The translations under genes were made by a program, and so were the position numbers. 64,000 bases of DNA. Origin: Balneolaceae bacterium (lineage in GTDB: Bacteria; Bacteroidota; Rhodothermia; Balneolales; Balneolaceae). Below the pieces are notes generated by a model that saw only the letters and a list, made by a program, of their open reading frames with translations, had not been told where the DNA came from and ran no database searches. Below are positions 47,540-55,815 of this stretch, piece by piece; position 1 is the stretch's first letter; each line of letters starts with the position of its first letter. The stretch is taken from contig JAFIES010000115.1 of the NCBI GenBank assembly GCA_020832415.1, forward strand, positions 1,189 to 65,188, in the 5' to 3' direction.

Positions 47540-48310
47540 ATGAATGCTGAACATGCAATCACCCGAAAAAAAGCACTCAAATTCATGGCGCTTGGATCCT
47601 TCACATCCATTTTGGCTCCGGCGGTTTTTACTACATCCTGCGCGGCGAATAACCGGACCGGCGGATATCAATCCTATGATGAGATCTTCAATGAGGTCTA
47701 CCCATTTTCGCTTGCTGATCTTCCCTACAGTTATGATGCGCTTGAGACGGCAATCGACGCCAATACGATGGAGATCCATCATGGGCGTCACCATCAGGGA
47801 TATATCAATAATCTGAATAACGCTCCTGAAGATCATGCAGACCTGCAGGAGATGACGCTTATCGATCTAGTTGCCGGTTTGAACAATTTGCCCGAGGAAG
47901 TGAGAACGGCCGTAAGAAATCACGGTGGCGGGCACCTGAACCACGCCATGTTCTGGAATACGATGAGTGCAGAGGGTGGTTCACCCAATGGTGCGCTCAA
48001 GGAGGCCATTGATCGTGATTTTGGAAGTGAAGACTCTCTGAAAGAGGAGTTCTCCTCAGCTGCGGGCGGTGTGTTTGGAAGCGGCTGGGCATGGCTGGCA
48101 TCCGATAGCAACGGAGGCCTCCAAGTAGTGCAAACCCCAAACCAGGACAATCCGCTTACTGATGGGCTGACACCGCTTGTAGGAGTAGATGTTTGGGAAC
48201 ACGCCTATTATCTCAACTATCAAAACCGGCGCGGAGATTATGTGAATGCTTTTTGGGACCTGATTTACTGGGATAAGGTGGCGGAAATTTATGATGAATC
48301 ACAGAGCTGA
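47540..48310 (+). CDS. Fe/Mn-family superoxide dismutase with an N-terminal export (Tat-like/lipoprotein-like) leader
   Basis: The catalytic core is LPYSYDALETAIDANTMEIHHGRHHQGYINNLN ... DVWEHAYYLNYQNRRGDYV. It is preceded by about 50 extra residues (MNAEHAITRKKALKFMALGSFTSILAPAVFTTSCAAN). The track start at 47468 looks too far upstream. Confidence 0.9.
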   Translation: MNAEHAITRKKALKFMALGSFTSILAPAVFTTSCAANNRTGGYQSYDEIFNEVYPFSLADLPYSYDALETAIDANTMEIHHGRHHQGYINNLNNAPEDHADLQEMTLIDLVAGLNNLPEEVRTAVRNHGGGHLNHAMFWNTMSAEGGSPNGALKEAIDRDFGSEDSLKEEFSSAAGGVFGSGWAWLASDSNGGLQVVQTPNQDNPLTDGLTPLVGVDVWEHAYYLNYQNRRGDYVNAFWDLIYWDKVAEIYDESQS

Positions 48311-49491
48311 TGAATCCAACAGACTCTGTACTAGACTGGATCATTGTGGGAGGGGGTATACACGGTACTTACCTCTCCAATGTTCTCATTAAAAAGCGGG
48401 TTACAGGCAGAGATAATCTTCGGGTAATTGATCCACACGATGAGGCTTTGACCTCCTGGAAAAGAGTTACAGAGAATGTAGGTATGGAATACCTGCGATC
48501 GCCCAAAGTGCATCACCTTGATTTGGAGCCGTTTTCACTTAAACACTACTCGCAGTGCACCGACTGTTCAGAGAGACAATTTATAGCTCCTAACGACAGG
48601 CCATCTTTAAGCCTGTTCAATCACCATGCCGAATCGGTTATCAGAAGAAATGGTCTTGAGAAACTAAGAGTTAAGGAATGGGCTGTCAGGATTGATCCGG
48701 GAACAGCATATCACACGGTTCATACTGAATATGATTGCCTTAAGGCAAAAAACCTGATACTTGCTACCGGCAGTGGCAGTGCTGAATGGCCTCTGTGGGC
48801 AATTAATGCAATGAATGAGGGAGCATTGATACAACATGTTCTGGATCCAAAGTACGATGCTAATCAACTACCCACAGAAGCTGAGATTCTGGTAGTTGGC
48901 GGGGGTATGTCAGCTGTTCAAACCGCCCTCTCTATCTCAACTGAAAAAAGGCGAGTCACACTTGTATCGCCACATTCGCTTCGAATGAATAACTATGACT
49001 CTGATCCGGGCTGGATGGGACCGAAATATCTCAGAAAATTTCGTTCGGTTTCTTGTTTTACTAAACGACGAAAGCTCATCGAGCAGGCACGAAATCGAGG
49101 TACTGTGACCTCCGATCTTTACCATGCATTCAGAAATCAGGTTAAAAAAGTAAGTTGTGTGCGGGTGGTTGACAGTATAATTAGCTGCACAGTATTGACT
49201 GAAGGGCTGAATTTACTACAGTTACAAAGTGGAGAAAAGCTGGCCTGTAATGCGATAGTTTTGGCAACCGGCTACCGAAACAGACGCCCCGGAGGAGAGA
49301 TGATCAGCAGGTTGATTGATCAATATAATCTGAGGTGTTCTGCTTGCGGATATCCTGTCCCCCAATCAAACCTTGAATGGTTCGACCGGATCTATTTAAG
49401 CGGACCGCTTGCAGAGCTGGAAGTGGGTCCTGCTGCACAAAATGTTATTGGAGCCCGTATGGCAGCGGAAAAAATTTTAAATATGTATTGA
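48310..49491 (+). CDS. FAD/NAD(P)-binding two-dinucleotide-fold oxidoreductase (class-B flavin-monooxygenase-like)
   Basis: It has GxGxxG twice (IIVGGGIHG, LVVGGGMSA) and an ATG-type motif (IVLATGYRN). Its start overlaps the SOD stop (ATGA at 48307-48310). Confidence 0.78.
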   Translation: MNPTDSVLDWIIVGGGIHGTYLSNVLIKKRVTGRDNLRVIDPHDEALTSWKRVTENVGMEYLRSPKVHHLDLEPFSLKHYSQCTDCSERQFIAPNDRPSLSLFNHHAESVIRRNGLEKLRVKEWAVRIDPGTAYHTVHTEYDCLKAKNLILATGSGSAEWPLWAINAMNEGALIQHVLDPKYDANQLPTEAEILVVGGGMSAVQTALSISTEKRRVTLVSPHSLRMNNYDSDPGWMGPKYLRKFRSVSCFTKRRKLIEQARNRGTVTSDLYHAFRNQVKKVSCVRVVDSIISCTVLTEGLNLLQLQSGEKLACNAIVLATGYRNRRPGGEMISRLIDQYNLRCSACGYPVPQSNLEWFDRIYLSGPLAELEVGPAAQNVIGARMAAEKILNMY

Positions 49492-49536
49492 AAAAATAAT
49501 TTTTAGCCAAAGCTAAAAAATTTATTATCTTCATGT

Positions 49537-49887
49537 GTGTTTGGTTTGGAAACTAAAATAATGATCAATTGGATGAATAAAGTATGGACCGGACTGATTC
49601 TCCTACTGGCTTTGGAGATGGCATTGGTCTATCCAGCTCACATTATCATTGATCATTCAGGGTTGTTTGGCCATCATCATCACCATGATCATCCATATGA
49701 AGATTACCCTGAAGATGATCTATGTCTGTTTTGTGTGAATATGGGTGGGATGGAGCATTCAGAGGTTTTGATAACTCAACCTGCCGTCAGTATTGCAGAT
49801 GATTTTTCGGATTTTATTCAATCATTTAAAACAAGAAATGAACTTTCGATTCAAACTCGTGCACCGCCTTTCGGTTTAAATAAATAA
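49537..49887 (+). CDS. Small membrane-anchored His-rich CxxC protein ending in an RAPP motif, paralog of 45943-46293
   Basis: It has a TM helix, then GHHHHHDHPYEDYPEDD, CLFC and C-terminal ...IQTRAPPFGLNK. It lies 51 nt upstream of a TonB-dependent receptor. The true start may be the Met at 49561. Confidence 0.6.
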   Translation: MFGLETKIMINWMNKVWTGLILLLALEMALVYPAHIIIDHSGLFGHHHHHDHPYEDYPEDDLCLFCVNMGGMEHSEVLITQPAVSIADDFSDFIQSFKTRNELSIQTRAPPFGLNK

Positions 49888-49938
49888 AGAATCAAGAAGA
49901 CAAATCAGAGTTAACAAATAAGTTTATCAGGTAGAATA

Positions 49939-52161
49939 ATGAAAAGATATATAAAACTGGCAGTTGTGTTGCTGCTTTTTGGGCTGGGAGTAAATGAATC
50001 CCGCGCCACCAGCACAAATGAAACCCTCAAGGGAGAGATAAAAGATGCTGTAACCGGTGAAGCCATCCCGGGAGCTACTGTTTTTATAGAAGAGCTTGAA
50101 AGAGGAGCTGCGGCTGATATTAACGGTCAATTTGAATTTAGAAATGTAGCACCGGGCAGCTATACATTAAATGTGTCTTCTATTGGATTAAGATCGGTTC
50201 AAATAACCGTTGATCATCCGGGGGAAGGTTTTATTACAATACAATTGACACCGGTTTTACTCAGAGGAGAAGAGGTAGTTGTAACAGGATCTCCGCTGGG
50301 TCGCAATATCCGTTACCAACCGGCACAGGCGATGAACCGGGAAGCTTTGCAACAAAAAGCGGCACCCAGCCTGGGAGAAATTCTGGATGGGAGTCCGGGT
50401 GTTTCGGCCCGTTCGTTTGGTTCGGCTCCATCGCGTCCCGTTATTCGGGGCCTTGATGGCGATCGGGTTTTGGTACTGCAGAACGGTGAACGGATGGGAG
50501 ATCTATCCGGTACAGCAGTCGATCATGCGGTATCTCTGGATCCGCTTTCGATGGATCGCGTGGAAGTGATCCGTGGACCGGCAAGCTTGTTGTATGGTTC
50601 CAGTGCAATTGGCGGAGTAGTAAACTTATTTAGTAATGATATGCCGAGAGACTGGGACAAAGGTTCATCAGGCAGTCTGGCAACACACGTGGCTACTGTA
50701 AATGATATGGGCGCAGGTTTGGCGCGTTATCAATATGGATCTGATCATTTTGCTGCCACAGGGCGTTTTATTTATCGTGATGGGGGTGATCTGCGTACTC
50801 CTGAGGGCAGACTGCCCGATACAGCGATCAATAATCTGAGTTACGGCACGGGAGTAGCTTATCGTTCCGGTCGATTTCAAACAGGACTTTCCTTTTCAGG
50901 TATGGATTATACATATGGCTTGCCGGAAGCGATCGATGATCCAAACGAAAATGTAGAAATTCGAATGAATCGAACCAATATTCAAAGTGTTTCTACCCTT
51001 GAGATGGGCCGCTTTTTTGAGCTGGCAGAACTACGGCTGCAATACAGCGATTATAAGCATGATGAAATAGAAACCGAGATAAACCCGGACGGAACTGTAG
51101 ATGAAGACCTGGAGATCTCTTTCGATCAGCAAACAATCAGCAGTTCGCTGGTGCTTCGGCACAGGCCTGTAGGACTATTTGAAGGAGCTATTGGATTCAG
51201 CTTTAACTATTCGCAGCTGGATGTTGGAGGGGACGAGGCACTTACGCCGAATGCAGAAAGCTATTTTTTGGCTGCATATTTATATGAAGAAATCAGCCTT
51301 AATCGTTTCTTAACCATGAAAGCCGGTACAAGGGTTGAATTCAAGGAGTTGTTTGTAAAAACCAACGAGCTTTTTTCGGATGCAGAACAGTTCGAAGATC
51401 GCTCTGACCTGATATTTGCCGGTGCAGTTGGATTGAATTTTAGTCCGAACAGGAACTGGGAGTCGGGTATCCAGCTTGCAAGGGCATTCCGTACTCCGGG
51501 GGTTGAAGAACTCTATTCAGATGCTCCTCATCTTGCTGCCGGTTCATATGATATTGGCGATCCCACACTCGACAATGAGATCAGCCTGGGTTCAGACTTT
51601 TTTATTCGATATAGTAACAATAGGGTGAGAAGTGAACTCTCGTTATTCGCAAATCGCATCAACAACTTCATTAACTTTTCGCCAACCGGTGAAATTCATG
51701 AGCCATCCGGTCTGCCCATTTTTGTTTATGGTTCAACTGATGCATTCTTAACCGGGTTTGAATTTCAAACAGATGTTGCGATGAGTGAACAGCTGCGTGT
51801 TGGAGTTGGCTTTGATTATGTGCGTGGTATAGAACGGTCGGGCGATCAAAACGATCTTCCATTCATTCCCCCTTTCAGAACTCATTTATCTGCAATGTAC
51901 GATAGTGGCAGCTGGTGGGGAGGTCCCCGGATGCGTATTGCAACCACACAAAACCGTGTTGCACCCAATGAAGATGTGACCGATGGATATATACTGGTCG
52001 GAATGGATGCCGGGTATCGTTTTGGGCATGGAGTTTCATTCACTCTCCGGGTGGACAATCTTCTAAATGAAAGCTATCGCGATCATCTGAGCCGTGTAGA
52101 AGACCGCAATAACCCGATGCCGGCGCGTAATATTAATGCGATGTTGAGGTGGGAGTTTTAG
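49939..52161 (+). CDS. TonB-dependent outer-membrane receptor with a CarboxypepD_reg N domain
   Basis: It has a signal peptide and LKGEIKDAVTGEAIPGATVFI. The plug block is DRVEVIRGPASLLYGSSAIGGVVNL. The barrel ends in ...NAMLRWEF. Confidence 0.92.
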   Translation: MKRYIKLAVVLLLFGLGVNESRATSTNETLKGEIKDAVTGEAIPGATVFIEELERGAAADINGQFEFRNVAPGSYTLNVSSIGLRSVQITVDHPGEGFITIQLTPVLLRGEEVVVTGSPLGRNIRYQPAQAMNREALQQKAAPSLGEILDGSPGVSARSFGSAPSRPVIRGLDGDRVLVLQNGERMGDLSGTAVDHAVSLDPLSMDRVEVIRGPASLLYGSSAIGGVVNLFSNDMPRDWDKGSSGSLATHVATVNDMGAGLARYQYGSDHFAATGRFIYRDGGDLRTPEGRLPDTAINNLSYGTGVAYRSGRFQTGLSFSGMDYTYGLPEAIDDPNENVEIRMNRTNIQSVSTLEMGRFFELAELRLQYSDYKHDEIETEINPDGTVDEDLEISFDQQTISSSLVLRHRPVGLFEGAIGFSFNYSQLDVGGDEALTPNAESYFLAAYLYEEISLNRFLTMKAGTRVEFKELFVKTNELFSDAEQFEDRSDLIFAGAVGLNFSPNRNWESGIQLARAFRTPGVEELYSDAPHLAAGSYDIGDPTLDNEISLGSDFFIRYSNNRVRSELSLFANRINNFINFSPTGEIHEPSGLPIFVYGSTDAFLTGFEFQTDVAMSEQLRVGVGFDYVRGIERSGDQNDLPFIPPFRTHLSAMYDSGSWWGGPRMRIATTQNRVAPNEDVTDGYILVGMDAGYRFGHGVSFTLRVDNLLNESYRDHLSRVEDRNNPMPARNINAMLRWEF

Positions 52162-52230
52162 ATTGGCATGATAATTATCTGAGATCCAAGTCAATTCATC
52201 TAATTTGATGGTGTTAAAGATTCAAGCATT

Positions 52231-52530
52231 TTGAACTTATCGACACTCATCGATGTAGAGTTTTATAGTAAATCTCTACATATTACATCCATGAAATGCT
52301 CCACCGGAAAAAACCAATACTCCACAAAGTCTATTGCGGAAGCATCGCTGATCGATATTCACATCCATCGCAATTTTCAACCGGATCAGGGGCCGCAAAA
52401 TGTTTATCAATGTGAGATTTGTGAAGAATGGCATTTCACCAGTAAATCACCCGGCAGGAATGAGCGCTTACAGGAGATGATCGACTCCGGAGAGATGCAG
52501 CGAATGCAGAGGGCAAGGCGATGGGAATGA
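52231..52530 (+). CDS. Hypothetical small protein with a C...CxxC...WH zinc-ribbon-like pattern
   Basis: The sequence is MKCSTGKNQY...VYQCEICEEWHFTSK with a basic tail. The likely start is the internal Met at 52291. I recognise no family. Confidence 0.45.
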   Translation: MNLSTLIDVEFYSKSLHITSMKCSTGKNQYSTKSIAEASLIDIHIHRNFQPDQGPQNVYQCEICEEWHFTSKSPGRNERLQEMIDSGEMQRMQRARRWE

Positions 52531-52738
52531 TTTTTAATTGTCAAGCCATACTTGATAGTGGTCAGGTTTCGATATGATATGTGGCCCGCCCGCGATATGA
52601 CAATGCATATGATGGAGCTGGTGTGCGCAACGCCCGACAGGCTTAACCTGATGATGAAAGGCGATCTGGTGTTTCATCATTGGATGTGATAGAATGCAAT
52701 TTTTTCAGTTCAAGGAACTCATTTAGCGAATTAATTCA

Positions 52739-54199
52739 TTAGGTGCCACAAAAGGTTTTGTACTGTTCATCAAATCCCGGGGGCACAAATTGCAGCTCTT
52801 TTGCTTCCCACTGTTCACGATAAGGGTTTTTTAGTTTTTCGAGCAGGGTATCAAATTTTGCATAATCACCATCACCGGAAGCTTCTGTCAGTGCTTCTTC
52901 GACGAGATGATTTCTAGGGATAAGGAGCGGATTTATCTGAGCCATTCTTCGGCGCGCCTCGCTGAGCCCGCCATGCTGTTTTTCAATAACAGCTCTCCAC
53001 TGATTATGCCAATTCCGGAACTCCTGATCAGCTTTAAAATGGCCGGGGGTTTCATCAGGGTTGGCAATGACGAGAAAGGTATTTGTATAATCGGCTTTCG
53101 ACTTCTCCATCCACGATATGATCTGATCTGTCAGATCTTTCTCTTGTTTACCTGATGTGCTGAAACCGAGCTTTTTCCCCATCATCCGATACCATTCATC
53201 ATTAAAACGAGGCTCAAACTCCCGGATCACTTCCTCAGCAGCTTTTCTTGCTTTTTCTTCATCATCATCGATGAATGGGAGAAGAGTGCCGGCAAAAATA
53301 GCCAGGTTCCACTGCACGATTCCCGGCTGGTTGCTAAAGGCGTAGCGCTTGTTGATATCAACCGAACTAAAGGCAGTGGATGGATCGAACGCATTCATAA
53401 ATGAGCACGGTCCAAAATCGATTGATTCACCGCTGATGCTCATATTATCTGTATTTAGCACACCATGGATAAAACCGATACGCATCCACTCTAAAACCAG
53501 ATTTAGCTGCTTCTCAGCAACGCGTTTTAACAAGCCCAGTGCTCTGTTTTCTGTTTCCTCCAGATCAGGGTAGTGCCTGTTAATGGTGTAATTAAGAAAT
53601 TCTTGCTGTTTTTTCCGGGATAAAAATCGGTATACATACTCGAATGTGCCAATGCGAATATGGCTGGAGGCCACCCTTGTGAGAATCGCTCCGGGATGGA
53701 CAGTTTCCCGGTAAACGGGCTGACCCGTCTCTGCTACAGCAAGGCTCTCAGATGTGGGAATGCCAAGATGATGCAGAGATTCACTGATCAGATACTCTCT
53801 GAGCATGGAGTAAAGGGTAGCGCGCCCATCACCGGATCTTGAATAGGGAGTTCTGCCACTACCTTTGAACTGTATATCATATCGTTTTCCATCCGGAGAA
53901 ATATGTTCACCAAGCACAATAGCTCTTCCATCACCAAGCATAGTAAAGTGCCCAAACTGATGCCCCGCGTAGGCTTGAGATATTGGCTCTGCAGCGTACG
54001 GAAGTTGATTACCGGTGAAGATAGCTGCAACATCAGCATGATCAGTTTTAGAAAAGTCCAGACCCAGCTCATCAGCCAGGCGGGAGTTTAGGAAAATCAA
54101 TTCAGGCTTTTCAACCGGTATTGGGTCCACTATAGAGAAGAACCCCTGTGATAGTTTTTTGTAGCTATTATCGAATTTCCATCCTTGGTTATTCTTCAT
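52739..54199 (-). CDS. selO: Protein adenylyltransferase SelO (YdiU/UPF0061)
   Basis: The SelO blocks are FDNSYKKL, QAYAGHQFGHFTMLGDGRAI, KGSGRTPYSR.GDGRA, REYLISE, HIRIGTFE and GFIHGVLNTDNMSISGESIDFGP. Confidence 0.92.
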   Translation of the reverse strand: MKNNQGWKFDNSYKKLSQGFFSIVDPIPVEKPELIFLNSRLADELGLDFSKTDHADVAAIFTGNQLPYAAEPISQAYAGHQFGHFTMLGDGRAIVLGEHISPDGKRYDIQFKGSGRTPYSRSGDGRATLYSMLREYLISESLHHLGIPTSESLAVAETGQPVYRETVHPGAILTRVASSHIRIGTFEYVYRFLSRKKQQEFLNYTINRHYPDLEETENRALGLLKRVAEKQLNLVLEWMRIGFIHGVLNTDNMSISGESIDFGPCSFMNAFDPSTAFSSVDINKRYAFSNQPGIVQWNLAIFAGTLLPFIDDDEEKARKAAEEVIREFEPRFNDEWYRMMGKKLGFSTSGKQEKDLTDQIISWMEKSKADYTNTFLVIANPDETPGHFKADQEFRNWHNQWRAVIEKQHGGLSEARRRMAQINPLLIPRNHLVEEALTEASGDGDYAKFDTLLEKLKNPYREQWEAKELQFVPPGFDEQYKTFCGT

Positions 54200-54313
54200 G
54201 ATGTCGATCTTGTGAGTGTATTAAATAGTTGCTTGTAATGGGTTCAGGTTAAACGTTCTAAAGTGGAGCCGCATCTGAAAAATCTCAAACATATTCCGAA
54301 GACCGTTTGTTCA

Positions 54314-54421
54314 GTTGAGTTTCTGAATCAATTGCCCATCAAGTCATCGGATGAGTCCATGCTGAAACAACAAGGGAGGGGAAAATAAGTGAAGTTCTTC
54401 GGAAAAACTCATCCGATGACT
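54314..54421 (+). repeat. Long-stem hairpin repeat, copy 1
   Basis: The 15-bp perfect stem is AGTCATCGGATGAGT (54342-54356) / ACTCATCCGATGACT (54407-54421) around a 50-nt loop. The flank gttgagttt...tcaattgcccatca is shared with copy 3. Confidence 0.85.
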
Positions 54422-54459
54422 GTTCGTTCAACAACCGTTTACCCTGTTTACGGTATTAG

Positions 54460-54538
54460 AGTCATCGGATGAGTCCATGCCGAGACAACGAAGGCGGATT
54501 AGTATGGGAGATTTTTCAAATAAACTCATCCGATGATT
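54460..54538 (+). repeat. Long-stem hairpin repeat, copy 2 (diverged loop)
   Basis: It uses the same stem arms (54460-54474 / 54524-54538, one mismatch). The loop starts with the conserved ccatgc.ga.acaac. Confidence 0.8.
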
Positions 54539-54567
54539 ATTCAATCAGTAACTAAGTACTAATTTTT

Positions 54568-55257
54568 TTATGGAATCCCTCTCCGAAACTGTTCTCTGAG
54601 TTCTACAATATAGATCGCCAATTGATCACGCACATCCTTGCCCCTGTTGTAAAACTCATTGAACGTTTTCTCGTCGATGAACTCCTTTTTTTTGATCTCC
54701 TGTAGGGCTGTCAGCATTCGGTTTGCGGCAAAGAGCCCGCGTTTACAGTTGGCTATGTTTCCGCCGATGCTTTCCAGATCGAACCCAAAACCGAAGCCAC
54801 CAGCAATTTTTGCCGGTGGAATAATCACTGAACGCGTAAAAGTATCTACTGATTCATCATCAATTTCATTGAGTTCATTATCAATCAGTTTCATGGCATC
54901 AAGCGTATATTGGTAGGCATCCTGATAGATCGGTAAATTTTCGAAACTGTCGAAATCATCAGGCTTAAAATCGACAGCCTTTTTCCACTCATCGCCCTCT
55001 TCATACTCTTCGATCGAAAATTCTTCCAGAAATTTATTCTCATCGAGAAAGCTATCAAGTGTATGCAACCATCCCATCTCAATGGCTATTAGTTTATCGC
55101 GATCAGGGTGGTCTTCATATATTTTATAAAGATGTAAATATTGGTCTGTACGCCGGTCAGACTCTTTCATGAACTCTTCCCAACGATGTTCGTCCCAGAT
55201 TTCAGGTTCGTTTTCTTCTTCGTTATCAATAGGTTCATTCACATCACTCATGATCAC
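54568..55257 (-). CDS. Hypothetical highly acidic protein (229 aa)
   Basis: It is a clean ORF with an Asp/Glu-rich N half and GGFGFGFDLESIGGNIANCKRG in the C half. I recognise no family. The hairpin repeats bracket it. Confidence 0.6.
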   Translation of the reverse strand: MIMSDVNEPIDNEEENEPEIWDEHRWEEFMKESDRRTDQYLHLYKIYEDHPDRDKLIAIEMGWLHTLDSFLDENKFLEEFSIEEYEEGDEWKKAVDFKPDDFDSFENLPIYQDAYQYTLDAMKLIDNELNEIDDESVDTFTRSVIIPPAKIAGGFGFGFDLESIGGNIANCKRGLFAANRMLTALQEIKKKEFIDEKTFNEFYNRGKDVRDQLAIYIVELREQFRRGIP

Positions 55258-55307
55258 CTCTTTTTTGATTTTGGATAATTTGGATTTCTCTCAGCCTAAA
55301 TGTATAT

Positions 55308-55416
55308 GTTGAGTTTTAATGAGTCAATTGCCCATCAAGTCATCGGATGAGTCCATGTTGAAACAACAAGGGAGGGTAAAATATGTGAGGTTCTTCGGAA
55401 AACTCATCCGATGACT
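55308..55416 (+). repeat. Long-stem hairpin repeat, copy 3
   Basis: The stem is 55338-55352 / 55402-55416, a perfect 15 bp. The loop and 5' flank are nearly identical to copy 1. Confidence 0.85.
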
Positions 55417-55484
55417 GCCAGCCCCAAGAATCAACCTGATTTACAAGTTGACATCCATTTTTTTTCGGCTTACCCTTACACAGC

Positions 55485-55695
55485 AACAGGTTCCCGTTAG
55501 CAATGCTCTCGGGATGAAAAGGGAATCCGGTGACTTGGCCTCAGAAGTTTATTCCAGGCCGGGAAGTCCGGAACTATCCCCGTAGCTGTAATCTCCATAT
55601 AACTTTCAGCAATTCTTTGCCACTGTCCACACGATATGACGGGAAGGCTGCTGAAGGGGAGTAAGTCAGAAGACCTGCCTGTATGCTGTAAATTC
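55485..55695 (+). promoter_or_regulatory. Cobalamin (B12) riboswitch
   Basis: The conserved core elements occur in order: AAAAGGGAATCCGGTGA (55517-55533), TCCGGAACTATCCCCGTAGCTGTAA, GCCACTG (55619-55625), GGGAAGGC (55641-55648) and the B12 box AGTCAGAAGACCTGCC (55664-55679). It lies about 120 nt upstream of a TonB-dependent receptor. Confidence 0.85.
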
Positions 55696-55815
55696 AGGCT
55701 TTCGGAGGAAAAGCCGGGAATGTGCTCTCTTTGTATCCATTAAAGGTATATCGATTGCTGCTCCCACCATTTTTTCTCGAAAGCTCATCGGTTAACTTTA
55801 AAATTTCATAAAACC

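Noticed and set aside
49504-49523. AT-rich hairpin TTTTTAGC-CAAA-GCTAAAAA after the flavoprotein gene, considered as a terminator
   Set aside because: The stem is only 8 bp and almost all A/T, so it would be weak as a terminator. It is mentioned only as a possible relative of the 45106 palindrome.
54328-54360. Tiny minus-strand ORF MDSSDDLMGN inside hairpin copies 1 and 3
   Set aside because: It is a by-product of the palindromic stem sequence. Copy 2 gives a different continuation, and nothing indicates translation.
54342-55416. Hairpin repeats as integron attC sites flanking a gene cassette (also considered for 61000-62850)
   Set aside because: The size (80-110 nt) and the bracketing of a single ORF fit. 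However, I could not find RYYYAAC / GTTRRRY core sites at the stem ends. The stems are perfect rather than bulged, and no intI gene is present. The idea stays only as something to test with HattCI.
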